Assembly (NCBI GenBank): GCA_013239625.1
Contig: MU053881.1
Coordinates: 10,530,873 to 10,594,872 of the forward strand
Source: Lama guanicoe
Taxonomy: Eukaryota
Direction: 5' to 3'
DNA: 64,000 bases
The position numbers were made by a program, and so were the translations under genes. Shown here piece by piece: positions 49,401 to 62,300 of this stretch; positions within the stretch are counted from its first letter, which is position 1; every line of letters begins with the position of its first letter. The notes under the pieces were generated by a model. The model saw only the letters and a list, made by a program, of their open reading frames with translations. It searched no databases and was not told where the DNA came from.

Positions 49401-50879
49401 TGGTGGCAGGAAGATTTTCCTTTGCCATAAAGATAAGATTCTTGGAAACAGTATGATTCTGGAGTTTTATTGTTGGAAACAAACTGATGCTATAAATTTT
49501 GTAGGCAAAAGAGTAGTAGCAGTACAAAATAGTTTTTTTTTAAGTATAGCAAAAGTTTTCTAAATTTTATTTCTAAACTATGGCCATACATTGAAAATTT
49601 ACTGTTGCCTTAAACGCACAGCAGAATTGATACTTTGTGTACTATTGACAAGAGTTTATTTTCTCCTGTATTTTAGTCCTCACATGCTAAGAAGTATAGG
49701 AAAGCAAGAATGGGACATACATTTTTTTTTCCTGGATTATTGCAATGATCATGGTATAAGAAACTGAACATTTTACATCTCCGAACTGTAAGGATGTATA
49801 CATGTACTCTCCCTCCTTCTGGGTATCTATTATCTCTGAACACCAGGAGGGAAATGCTCAGTTAAGAACAGAAAAAATGAAAGTGAACCAGGTACAGTAT
49901 GGATACTCTTTCTTAAAAATCTTAATTTATATCGCTTTCTAAGGGGTCTGCAGGAGGAAGCGCCTTTGCAGGTATCATTGTTTTTCATGTGGAGAGTGCA
50001 TCATTTGTTTTAGTCAATACATCCGGCCAGACTCAAACACAGTTCGCCCTGGAACCCAAACCCAGAGCTGTGGCTGCGAAGCCAACCAGTGAGCGCAAAA
50101 CCGTCCTGCAAGTCCCCCCTGTCTGCGTGGAATGCTCGCATGGCTGCCATCTCAGAGCCGCTAAGCCCTCACTCAGGCTCGTTTCAGAATGAGCATCCGA
50201 GCCTTTCTCGTTATGCGATGAGAGGGGTTCTTGTTCACAGAGCCCTGTCTTCTCTCTACATCTTACTCTGGAGAGCAGGATTTCAAATCTGAAGGCATAT
50301 GTTATTCACATATCCCCAAATGCTTCCACTGGTCTGGGGTTCCCCATCTTTTATCACTAAGCACCCTCAGTTGCTAACTCCTTTTTAAGATTTCTGGGAA
50401 TTCAGGTCTCAAGATGGAAACCTGTGGGTTAAGAGATAACTTGATTCAAGTTATGGCAATAGCCATGCATTTTAGGATGGTGCGGATACAGCCTAACTTG
50501 CTCGGTTTAGGAATCTGATGGCAGAGGTCGACTTTCTGATAGACATTTTTTAATGATTCCGCCTTCTAACATTTCCCAAACTGCATACTCTAGAACATTA
50601 TTCGTATTACAAGCTGCACTAAAATTTTTAAAACGTTGTTAAGCCCAATATAAATGTAAAATCAAATATATTCCCTCCTCCCAATAGTCTTCATGCACAC
50701 ATTAAAGACATTCTTACATTCTTCATGAAAGAAATCTACTATGTTTAACCCTGTACTTCCCATCATTTAAACACGTGAACATTCTCTCTTATACAAATAG
50801 TCTAAAAATGATCTGTTTCAATGTCTCTTTGCAAGTAAATCTAATCCAGTGTGCTAGGAGTCAGAGCAATTGTTCTCTC

Positions 50880-51115
50880 TTGACGGGGAATTACTGACTT
50901 AAAAGGCGCATGCCAAGGTCTTCTGGAATTATATATATATACACACACACACATACACACACACATATATATATTTTATATTTACATTTACATTACTACA
51001 TGGTGATTACCTGGATGCATGTATGCATGCATAAGTAAAAAATTCAAGTTGAAAATTTAAGATTCATTCACCAAATGTATTGTTATTTACCATATGCCAC
51101 TTAAGCAAAAATTTA
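50880..51115 (+). mobile_element. L1MC/MD-like 3' UTR fragment with an internal (TA)/(CA) microsatellite (about 50930-50972)
   Basis: GGTGATTACCTGGATGCATGT...AAAAATTCAAG...AATTTAAGATT. Confidence 0.55.
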
Positions 51116-51979
51116 AAAATATATATATATATATGCCCCTCTTCTAGTTTTTTAATTACTTAAGGGGAGAGATCTGTATTCATTTTTTTTATTCCCCAAA
51201 TATATAATGATGGCCAGCACAATGGGAATATAGATTGCCCTTGAGTAAGTGAACGAATGAATGGACATGCAGGCAGCCCCTTTTCTAGGATGTGGCCTTA
51301 GTTTGTCAAAAGAGGAACACATTTCAGGTAGAGGCTATATAATTGACTATAATTAGAGCAATCAGAAGACATAAATGATGGTATGTAGCACAACCTTTGT
51401 GGATTAGACAAGAATACACAGACTGATAAAGGATTCTGAATAGGATTTTAGAGCTTAGCAACATTTCAGCAAGTTCACTGAACAGCTCAGCAAATACTTG
51501 TACCCCATATGTCTTCTATTTTCTCTGACACTTAAGATACTTCCCTAAAGGCTAATCAACAATGGGTACCTCCCTGAAGAACAATATATACACATAATTG
51601 ACTCAAATATTATTACTTAACATTAAGTGCCAGCTGTACGTAACTTACAACCAACATTAACTCTTTGCCCTTGAGAATCTTATGTTTAAAGAAAAAAAAA
51701 AAAACAGCTACAACATTAGACAAGACAAAAAAGCAAATGGAAAATTCAGGTGTTGTATTACCATTTCCTGTTCATTCACTGAAATCTATCTGAAATGCCT
51801 GCTATGAGGCAGGAACTATGCTAGGATCTGGGCAAAAAATGGTGAGGAACACAAAGTCCATGACCTCATGGAACTTACAGTCCAGCCAAAGAATAAAAAG
51901 CAGAGGCATCTTTCAATTACATGGCTTCCTCTGCATTAACCCCCTTTCCTGTATTGGTTTCATTCTCATATCGGTCAGA

Positions 51980-52372
51980 GGAGACATGTATCATGACCAT
52001 CCCCACTGTCCATGCTTTACTCACATTCCTGTAGAGCCAGCTTCCTATTTTGCAGCGTCTGTATGCTTTGCTTCCAACAACTTGTACCAGCAGCAGTTTA
52101 CAGGGAGTTGACAGGGCCTTACTAACCCTTCCCAGTGACCAACAGCTGCAAAAAGCAAAGTTCACACTCTCTTTCCTCGGGTGTAATTCCATTACCATCA
52201 AACCAGGTGAGGCTAGAACTTCGCCTGAAATTGCACTCTTGCTGGGACTCCTCCCTTCACTGTCCTGGCTCCCTTTTGCTCCTTCACTGGTTTCTTACTG
52301 GTATGACCTTCCTGATAAGTCACTTACATGCCAAGCTTTATCTCAGTCTTTGTGTCTAAGGAAACCGACCGC
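51980..52372 (+). mobile_element. ERVL LTR (LTR16-like)
   Basis: CTTCGCCTGAAATTGCACTCTTGCTGGG...CTTCCTGATAAGTCACTTACATG...TCTCAGTCTTTGTGTCTAAGGAAACCGACC. Confidence 0.7.
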
Positions 52373-52410
52373 AGGTAATCTATTTAATCTATTTCATGGG
52401 AGTCTACCAG

Positions 52411-52885
52411 TCTATCAGATGGGGTTCTTCAGAGAAGCTGAACCAGTAGGATATGCCTATATATAGAGACAGAGTAGAATTTATTTTGATGAATTGGCTC
52501 ACAGAACTGTGGGGCCTGGCAAGTCTGCAGTCTCTAGAGCAGTCTGGCAAGCTGGAAATTCAAGTAAGAGTTCATGTTGCAGTCTTGAGTCTGAAATCCG
52601 CAGGGCAGGCCAACAGGCTGGGAACTCAGGCAGGATTTCTATGTTACAGACTTAAGGGAGAATGCTTTCTTTTCTGGAAACCCTAGTCTGTGCTCTTAAG
52701 ACCTGAGGTTGATGGTATAAGGCCCACTCACATTATGGTGTGTCACGTGCTTTGCTTAAAGTCAAATGATGGTAAATGTTCAATCAACTCAGAAGGTACC
52801 ACTGCAGGAACATACAGATTAGTGTTTGATCGAAAAAGTGATCACCAGAGCTTAGCCAAGCTGACACACGAAATTAACCATCAGG
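52411..52885 (-). mobile_element. ERVL LTR (MLT2-like), second copy
   Basis: GGGTTCTTCAGAGAAGCTGAACC...GGCAAGTCTG...CTTAGCCAAGCTGACACACGAAATTAACCATCA; collinear with 3661-4077. Confidence 0.88.
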
Positions 52886-55663
52886 AGGACGAAAGATGAG
52901 AATGGTAGCAAAAGTCCTGCCCTGGGCTGGGGGACACCAGCCACAGCAGCTCGGAGACAACCTACAATCACATTCTGTGCCTCAGTTTTCTTCTCTGTTA
53001 TAGGATTGTCTGAAGAGCACCTGAAGATAAACGAGGTGAAAATCAGGTTTGATCCTGTGTCTCAGCCCCTCCGAGACACTAGGCTGACCCGCCAACAGAT
53101 TCAGAGATCCAGACGGAAGTTGAAGGTCCCAAATGAGGAGGTTTTGTTATTGTGACAGCTGGAGAGCAAGCCATTCCATGCCCCGCTATGATAGACGCCC
53201 TCCAGAATAACATGTATCTCTCCTTCAAAGCACCATCATTCATGATACAGCAATATGCATCATTACTCCATTAATAATTTTCTCATAACCCAATTAGATT
53301 GTAAGTTCTGTGAGGTGAAGAACAATTCTATTTTGTCACCGTATGCCCAAACCTAGCAGAGTATCTGGTACATTGGCTGTCTACTGAGTAAATACCAATG
53401 ACATTAAGTTAGCCACATAAATATGACCTCATATATATAAATATATGTAGATAAATTAATTACCCGTAAGTGTAGTAAATAGAATTATATAAATTATATA
53501 TAAAGACATATATATATGTACACTCACATACTTAATTGTGGATGGAAAAAAGAAAACACTTGAGGGGTGTCCTGAAGGAATGTACTTCTATTTTGTGCTT
53601 TTTTGTGTGTTTTTACATACAGACTACTCCCTTTATAGGGAAAATATCTTACAGTTTGTCACACAATGAGATTTTCCTCACGTTCTTTTCCTAAAAGATG
53701 CAGTAACACTCAAGCCCTGGAATCATTTTTCCTGGGGAACATCTCAACATCAGCTCACTGTTACTAACTCCAAACAGGAAAATAGAATAAGATAGACCAG
53801 CAGACAAGGGGACCTAAGCAGCTGAAAACAACTGGACTCTCTAAACTGTACCATTTCTCAAGAGGAATTACGGACGCGCACCGCTTCTCTCCCGGACCAT
53901 GCTGTGCATCCCTTGGAATCCGCTACAGAAGCATTTTATTGTTCATTAAGAATGTTTTAATGTGAATCCACTCCTGGCATTTCTATTTTACAGTTTTTCT
54001 CCCAAACCTTCCCACCTTCCCTACCTCCTTCCCCTCTACATCTAATTTAAAATTATGTAAGTTTATTTCTCTGATGAAGAAAGCCGAATGCACAAAGACA
54101 CAAAGGATGTGAGCAAGGTAGCTGAATCTGGCAGTTTTGAGCTTGTTCCCCATAAAAACGGGCCCCACGAATCACTATTAAAAATGTGTTTTGTACTTCA
54201 AAGGCCGTAATTGTCACACATTTACAATTCATAAGCAGTGGCTGCAGGGCACTTACCTTCATTCATCCTCTAGAGAATAGTGGGTATTGGTGCCCTGGAG
54301 AAGGGGTGTGACAGAATCAGCTGTCACTTGAAACCCCCTGTCCGGGGAGCCTCACACACTAATAAAATCCTGAAAGGCAGCAACGGGAAGCCCGAGTGTG
54401 CTCTTCCCCCTAAACTGTAAGTGGTGACGAAGGTGGAAGTCTGAGACGGCCAGGCGTCGCTGGCTCGACTGGCCTCTGTTTACTGACTCTAAAATCGTCA
54501 AGATAAAACGTGCAGTAAGACTGTCCAAAACCTTATGTCCTGAGCCTTTCCTTTACCTATCTACCCTGACGACATAGGACCTGGAGACACTTAAATTCTG
54601 ACTTGCTTCCACATCTTCCCTGGTTTAAAAGCACAACAGGTGTATGACAGACAGCCTGGCCATTCAGACTCGATAAGGACTTGTTGTGAACGTATTTCGT
54701 AGACTCACAATTCCTTCAGCAAACCAGAGGAGGCCAGGTGACTGGTACATTAAAATGATCTCCAAATTTTATAAGAATTATTTCATTGCCACCAAAGCGC
54801 GTGGATCACTCCCCTGAGGTTTGTAGCAAATGGCTGTAACCCAAGCAATCAAACCTTTGTAAAGTTAGGTCTCCCTTGTGGTGTCAGCCATGGGTGTTTG
54901 AAACAGGTTACAGTCTGATTTCAGATGTGAACTTTTTTCTTTTCATTAAGAACATTAACGAAATCAGAGAAAGGACACTGTTCATCCTATCTAACCCTTC
55001 TGCAGTGAGAGGAAATTACTCAGAACGATCTGAAGACCAGTGAAATGTCTTGGTGAGGCCTGGACGTCTATTTTTCTGTCCCTGAGGGCAGAGTTTCCAA
55101 CAATCACTCAGTCATTTACATATAAGATATCTGAATGTGAAAAAGGGAAAAACTAAATAAAATCAGCTGTCCTTGTTTTGGCCCTTCCTTAATGTACCAC
55201 CTTAACATCTTTCTTTGGTTCTCTTCAGCCAACACCACCCAGCCATCATCCGTTGCTCACAGTGGCCTCTCCTTATATTTCCTTGTCTAAAATCATCTCA
55301 GTTTGTTGATTCAAAATAATGATCCCTCGCTCCCTGGGTGTGTGTGCAATTTTAACAATACAAGCTTTTTTAAGTTCAAGAAGCAGAATCAAAATGCATT
55401 TATATTCTATATTACAATAAATGTGAATATCAAAAGATTCTCCTACAGTTGTGTGACTGCAGGCATTTGTAAAAAGCCAGAGAGTCTCGGAATTGGACGA
55501 AGCAGAAATGTATTTAGTGTTTCAATTGACTCTTGATGGAGAGCAAGATGGGGGAGAAAACAAATGACAAGTTCTGTTGCTAAGTTTTGTATTTCTTTTG
55601 AAAGATATTTATTTTCCTAGGGCCTAGATTAATTGCAATGTGTACTTCAAGACATAAAAGGTT

Positions 55664-55796
55664 GGGGAGGGTATAGCTCAGTGGTGGAGTGCATGCTTAG
55701 CACACACAAGGTCCTGGGTTCAATCCCCAGTACTTCCTCTAAAAATAAACAAACATAATTACCTCCCCCCACCGAATAAAAAAAAAAAAGAAAAAA
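55664..55796 (+). mobile_element. tRNA-derived camelid SINE (Vic-1-like), long form
   Basis: GGGGAGGGTATAGCTCAGTGGTGG (A box), GGTTCAATCCC (B box), AATTACCTCCCCCC tail, AATAAA then poly(A). TSD-like AAGACATAAAAGGTT / AAGACTCAAACAGTT. Confidence 0.92.
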
Positions 55797-57379
55797 AGAC
55801 TCAAACAGTTCTCTTCTATTTAGTTATTCGTTGTGGGTTTAATTTTAATAATATAGTAAACAGGCCTATATTACAAAAAGTAGAACCTCCCTGACAATCT
55901 AAGTGAACTCACTGTCTTCTATCCTGTTTCTCCAACCTGAGATAACAATTACCCTGAATGATCATTCTCTTGGGGAGGGTGATGTGCGACCGTGCATGCA
56001 AAAGTCCTAAGTATGTCGAGTATGCTTTAAAAAGTACATTGTTTGATTTTAGCTGCTTTTGATGTTATTAAAAGGCACACACTCTGCATAATCCTTTTAA
56101 ATCTACTTTTATCACTCAATATAATAAGGTTAGGAGCTATATACATATATATGGGAGTTTGTTTATTTTTACTGCTGTATACTATCTTATTGTTGAATAT
56201 ACCATGTTTATACTTTTGCAAACAAAGACTGAATTCGTAAATTAAGTCAACTGTTTACAGTAGACCAAGAGAATAACAACATTTAGTAGTGGAGCACATT
56301 TTTTTTTAAGGTTTGGTCCTTTCTAGAAGAACTCTGTAAAATTAATGAAGCTCTAAGTATGTGGTTTTGACCTTTTTGGCACTCTGAGGCAGCTGAGTTT
56401 TCTGAGTGGTGAACTTTCAGGGTGTATAGCTAAGGAAGATGCTCTCAATCCTCTGAGCCAGCACATCTACGAGCAGTTCTACTGAACCCCGTTCCCTAAG
56501 CCTTGCCCTGTACAGAGACAGGGCGTGTAGAAACATGCCTGATGGAAGTAAATGCAGGTAGATGGGAGAGAGTTCTTCCAAACATGGAACAACGATTCTC
56601 CTAAGGTAGGATTAGGGCCTCCATCTTTCTGGTGTTTACCTGGTTGAGGAGCTATGCTTTGGTCAGTGGGTTCATGGGGGTAGAAAACAGATCAGTGGTA
56701 GAGCCTTTCCTCTGCTCAGTCTTTGAAGCACAATCATTACAGTGAGAGCAACAGATGGTGGGGAAAAACCAAAGGGATCCAGAAGTGAGAGTATCTTTGC
56801 GGGAACACATCATTCTCTGTCCCGCTGTCCTACCTTCACTGAACTTGAAGAGTTATTTTGGGATATCAGTCTTCCTCCAGATACCATGGCAATATCCCAA
56901 TGGAAAGATTAATACCAAAAACGATGTTAATTTTTAAGCATAATTGATATAATCAGGGGGACTTAAGGTTTAAATCTTTAAAAAGATAAAAAATAGTACT
57001 TCACTGGCAAGTGTGCATTTTCAAAGCAGGCTTCTCAAACAGTTAAGGGAGACATAAAATTGTAAGCTCCTGGCCCGTCCTCTTCTGCCTGTGAGTGGTG
57101 GGAGTGCACGGAGGAGACAGAACACGACCGCAAGCCTTCACAGCCCATTTCTGGCAGAAAAGGGCAGTAATTCTCCAACTGTAGCAAGATCTGCACCTCG
57201 CATCTTCTAAAATACACAGAAACATGAAGCAAGTAATAGCGTCTACCTCTCTCTCTCCCCACTTGCGGACGAGACCCCAACCCCTTTTGGCTTACTCAGA
57301 GACACCACCCCAGCAATTCTGTCTTTCAAAACCTTCCCATTCTCAAGAGTGCCTCACTCAGGTTTACAGCCACTGCCTG

Positions 57380-58845
57380 AGAATGACTGTATCTCCATCT
57401 GTGTCTCTCTTCAACCCACTCCATCGGGCTTTCATCATGGACAGCATCAGCCCTGGTCCATGCACCGATGACCTCCACGTTGCTAAATGCAGCACCAGCT
57501 TCCCCATCTTCATGTTCCTTGACCCTAGTACATTTGATAGAGCTGCTTGTGCCCTGACTATTGAAACTCTCGGCTTCTGTAAAACCACAGTATCTTGACC
57601 TCTCTCTTTCTTTATGAGACACTCCTTCTTAGGCTCTATGAATGCTCCCTCTTCCTTTCCTCAGCAATGAAACACAAAGGTGTCCAGAGGTTTCATTTCT
57701 CAGCCTCTTCGCTCTCATCTCTCTCTCTCTTTGCTTTCTTTTCTTTTTTTTAATTCACTCCTTAGGTGATCTCATACCAGACCCATGGCTTTTTAACACT
57801 CTTCAAAAATCTCCAAAGAAAGATTCCAGGTATCTTCCCTTCTCTAAAGACACTTCTATAAAGACCATTTCATCCAACTGCTACTTAACCTGCCTCTAAT
57901 ACGTATCATCGGCAACTCAAATTTAAAATGTCTAAAAAGTAGTCTGATTTTCACACACAAGCCTGCTCCATCCACAGGGTTTCCTGTCTCAGTGAGGGGA
58001 ACATTCCACCCTTCCACTGCTCGGGCCAGAAAACATCGTCCTCCAGTCCTTTCACATCACATATCCAGTTTGTTCTCAAATTCTGACTCTGCCTTCAAGA
58101 CATATCCTGAATTCAACCACTTTTCCTGACTTTAAATGTTACATCCTGTTCTAAGCCACCTTTAAATCTCCCCTCACGTCCTAATTGGCCTCCCAGCCAT
58201 TCTTGCTCAGTTCTCCTCTACGACTAAGCTATTCTCAACTCAGTAACACAGAGGAAATCTGTTAATAAAACTCTCTTGTCAGATCACAGTGCTTCTAGCT
58301 TCAAAGCCCACCAAAGGTTTTCCTTCTCATTCCCAGAGTAAAAGCTGATATGTCACTACAATGACACTGAAGCCACTCTGTGGTCTGCCCACCAATCCTT
58401 ACGTGACCAAAACCCCTCCTTCCTCAGAGCCCTCCGGCCACTCTGACCTCCTGGCTCTTCCTCGATGACACCGTGAGGACTCTCGCCTCGTGAGCTTTTG
58501 TACTTGCCCTTCCTTCTGTGGGGCGTGCGTTTCCCAGATATTCACAAAGTTATCCCTCACTTCTTTCAGGTCCTGCCTCGAATGTCATCTCATCCGGGAA
58601 GCCCTGCCTGATCTTTATAAAATAACAGCCTCTGACTGTGCTTCCTGGTACTCTCCATCCTCTTTGCCTGATTTATTATCTCCACCCAGTTTACCATGTG
58701 CTGATACAAAGTGGTTTGTGTGTTTCTTTATTGTCTGTCTTCTGACTAGACTCATGGAGAATGGGAACTTCATCTACTGTGTTCATTGCACTATGTTGCC
58801 TTGAAGAGGGCTTGGCACCTTGCAGGTGTCAAATAAATATTTCAT
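57380..58845 (+). mobile_element. L2, about 1.4 kb 3' portion
   Basis: ATGACCTCCACGTTGCTAAAT, CACTCCTTAGGTGATCTCAT and CAACTCAAATTTAAAATGTCTAAAA; 3' end GGCTTGGCAC...AATAAATATTT. Confidence 0.88.
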
Positions 58846-58899
58846 TCTTGGAAAGAGCGCTGGCTTACTGTAATTAACCAGATTTGTCTAAAACAGGTC

Positions 58900-59520
58900 T
58901 GTGTGTTTAAAATCATGAATATACTTCGTTTTGAGCATATGTGGAATAATCACACAAGTGGATGGTGAATTAAACCACAGAGATACGTTTCAAAAATCCC
59001 AAAGAGCAGACAGCATACAGGCTATGTTATCTGAAGACAATGCAGTTAAATTAGAAATGAACAATGACCTTGAACAGAACAGTGAAAAATAAATGTATCC
59101 ACTTGAAAACTTGAAAACATCCATTTAAATAACTCCTGATTACAAGAAAAGAGAAAATGACTGGAATTTTGGAAAATGTACAAATGAAAGTACACTATGA
59201 GATGCAGCTAAAACAGCATACAGAAATAAACCTGGATGTATCTGCTAGGAAACAGACCAGCAAAAAACCCATAAAATGTGAAAACTAAGTCTCATGACCT
59301 AAATGGCTGAAAAATGAAACCAAAAAAGAAAACAAAGTAGGAGAGGAGTAAAAAATGAGTCAACACAAAGCATCATTTACTGAACTATAAACGAAAAAAA
59401 AATAGAATTGATCAGCGACACTAAAAATTTCCTGAAAGACGAGTAACATTGTTATAACGTCTGTGCAAGAAAGAGAAGCAGGAAGAATAAAGAGGAGGAA
59501 TATGAAAAGGAATACAAACA
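58900..59520 (+). mobile_element. Old L1 ORF2 (endonuclease/linker) fragment
   Basis: A-rich; ATGCAGTTAAATTAGAAATGAACAA, TTTAAATAACTCCTG and GAGATGCAGCTAAAACAG. Confidence 0.65.
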
Positions 59521-60339
59521 GAAATGGAAACAAACCCTCCAGTGTTACTGTATGTGATTATTTTAATGCCTGGATTTATGATGGACAATAATAGAGAGAC
59601 AGCAAAGTCAGAGAAAGCAAGGAGGAAGTTCTCTCCAAGTCTAAGAAAGAAATGATTTCTGACACCTGTACGAGAGTAGTATCTCCAAGGAGAGGTTTAG
59701 GGGTGAACCAGAAGAATTAAGTGAAAATGGGTGATTGACTAGGTGAAGAGGTTAAAGAGAGGTACATCCCTTGACTTGCCTCCCTTCACTCCACCACCTT
59801 AGATTAACTGTGACTGAGAGGGGTGAAAGTAAGGACTCGTAATTTATTTTCAGGTTTTAAAATTTGCTCAACACCTACCATTAACATGAATATTTCAATT
59901 ACCTTAATTCATTAGGCTTAGAAAAGGGAGACCTGATGAGATCTGGCTTTTTTTTTTTTAAACTTTTAAAGTTTTATGTTTTTATTGCATGCATGATTTC
60001 GATGTTACCTGAATTTCTGTGTCTGGAATAACTTTCCAGTAAAGTTTAAGAAGTCAGTGATAACTCTGTTGGGTACACGGCAAGTTCATTGATTGAATTA
60101 ATGAGATTACTACTGAAGACTAAATCGCAAGAAAGGTTATCAAATACTTCACAGGTTATTTGAATGACTACATTTGCTAGTCCTAGTATGAATAGCAATT
60201 TTTCACCCAAGCATAGGGAGAATGATTCGTGAGTTTGGGCTTAAAGTTTTAAGATGAAAAGAAATAGGGAAAAAAATAGTACCAGAAATTCCAAAAACAA
60301 CATTACCTTCACAGATATTAACTTCTCCCAGATTGATTC

Positions 60340-61330
60340 CATAACGGGCTCCTTTCCAGTCCATTTTCTCATTCTTTCCCATTCTCCAGCCTCTAAAATT
60401 TCCTGACCCTCAGTGTTCAGACCTTGAACTTCACCTCTTCTCTATCTATACACCAACTCCCTTGGCACAGTCAGACAGGCTCGTGTACTTAAGTATTGCA
60501 TGCAATAATGTCTTCCACATTTATCATTCTAACCTGAACTTTTCTGAATGTCAGAATTCCATTCTTCACTGCCCACTGGACGTACATTCTATGAAATGTA
60601 ATTGGCGTTTTGAATGTGTCATATCCAACACTCAGTTTCTGAGTCTTCCTGCTAAACGTGTTTCTTCTGAGGTGTTTTCCGTATCATTAAACGACAGCTC
60701 CAGCTTCCTAGCCATGCTGGCCAATAGCCTTGGAGCCATTCCTGACTTCCATCTTTCTCATACTTCACCTTTAATTCTTAGTAAAACTTAGTTTTTCACC
60801 TTCAAAATATATGCCTTCTCAGCGTGACCGCCGTTACTACCCTGTTCCAAGCTACCGTCCTCTCTTGTTGAGACCATTTATTGGTCTTTACCTTGGTCTT
60901 TGTGCTTCTACTTTTGCCTAGTAAAAGTCACAGCCATCCTTGTAAGATGAAGACATTTCATCCAATTCTTTTACTTAAAACCCTCCCGTATCTTCTCAGT
61001 TCACTTTGAGGCAAACTGAAATCTTTATAATCATCCACCAAGTCCTTTAAGATCTGTCTCTGTATGATGTCTTTGATTTTATTTTCTACTAACTCCACCC
61101 TAGTCATCTTGCTGCTCCTCAGTTCAAGGCATTTCCAGGGTACATCTCCTTTCCAAAAACTCTTCCCCGAATTTCTGGCCTGGCTCAGTCATTCCAAATC
61201 TTGGGCTCATTGCTTAAATGTGATTTCTAAGTGTCCTTTTCAGTCCTTTGAGGAATTGTACCTCCTACACCCTGGCATTTTGTTTCTCCTTTCCCCATTT
61301 GATGATTCTCCACAACACCTATCCCCAACA
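60340..61330 (+). mobile_element. L2 fragment
   Basis: TCTTCTCTATCTATACAC, GCCTTGGAGCCATTCCTGACTTCCATCTTTCTC and TTACTTAAAACCCTCC. Confidence 0.8.
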
Positions 61331-62079
61331 TTTTTGTTGTTCACATGAATACATGTAATGAATTGGGCTCATTCATTCTTGAGGTCAGAGATAAAAGCTA
61401 CATGGCTTCACATGGCTCCTTTCAGCTTGGAGTTGCTCAGTCTACTCATAGGTAACTGGGCTCATAAATATAAAGTCATCTGTGTACTGTTTGAGTATCA
61501 CCCTATCAACCACATCAAAATCGCCTTCTTCCCCTTTGTCACACTAGTGAAAAAATGTGTACAATATGTTTAATCTATCATGTTTCATTTTCTTAATGGC
61601 AGTAATGATACATCACTGCAAGAACTATCAAATTCCCAAAGTTATGCCGTGAATCATTTCTAAATAAGCGGTCCAGTTGCGAGTTCCTGAGGAGGGCAGG
61701 CCTCTTGATGACTTTAATCTGCATGTGAGTGTCATCAGTATTTACAGGATGACGAATCACGTATGAAGGAAAAGTATCAACATGAGACTCTGGGTGTAAC
61801 TGTTACTTTCCTTCTCTGGGTCTACTTTATACATTTCAGGATCCTGAGCAAAAGAGTCCTTTCACCATAGAGAAATCTACAAAAAGTGGCCAAACTATCT
61901 CTTAAGTGTGCCGAGGAGACGTGGCTGGGGATAAGGCCAGTATTTGATGCCAATGTCTGTAAAACATCTACAACACAACTGGAAGAGCTTGCAGAGCAGC
62001 TGGAGCCCAATCTCCTGACGTGTGAGGTAGGATGATCAGCAAAGATGGAATTTATTTAATGTATATTATCCATTGTTAG

Positions 62080-62300
62080 ATGGGATATTGGCCTTTTTTC
62101 TTTTTTAGTAGTGTCCTTTCACTCATTGGCCTAATTTTCTTTTTTTAGTATTGTCTTTGTCTGGCTTTGGTATCAGGGTGCTGGTGTCTTCACAGAATGA
62201 GTTTGGAAGCACTCCCTTCTTTTCAATCTATTGGAAGAGTTTGAGAAGGACTGGTGTTAGTTCTTCTTTGTGTGTTTGGTGGAATTCCCCAGTGAAGCCA
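62080..62300 (-). mobile_element. L1 ORF2 (RT region) fragment, antisense, relatively well preserved
   Basis: GTCTTTGTCTGGCTTTGGTATCAGGGTG...AGAATGAGTTTGGAAG...GGAATTCCCCAGTGAAGCCA. Confidence 0.88.

Noticed and set aside
55664..55737. tRNA gene
   Set aside because: It has A and B boxes, but continues into the SINE tail and poly(A) with a TSD, and has four diverged relatives in this window.
1342..62010. Six-frame ORFs as host genes
   Set aside because: All are 138 aa or shorter except one of 160 aa that runs into an MLT1 LTR. Many lie in repeats or use non-ATG starts. The only recognisable peptides are L1 ORF2p and Tigger1 transposase remnants.
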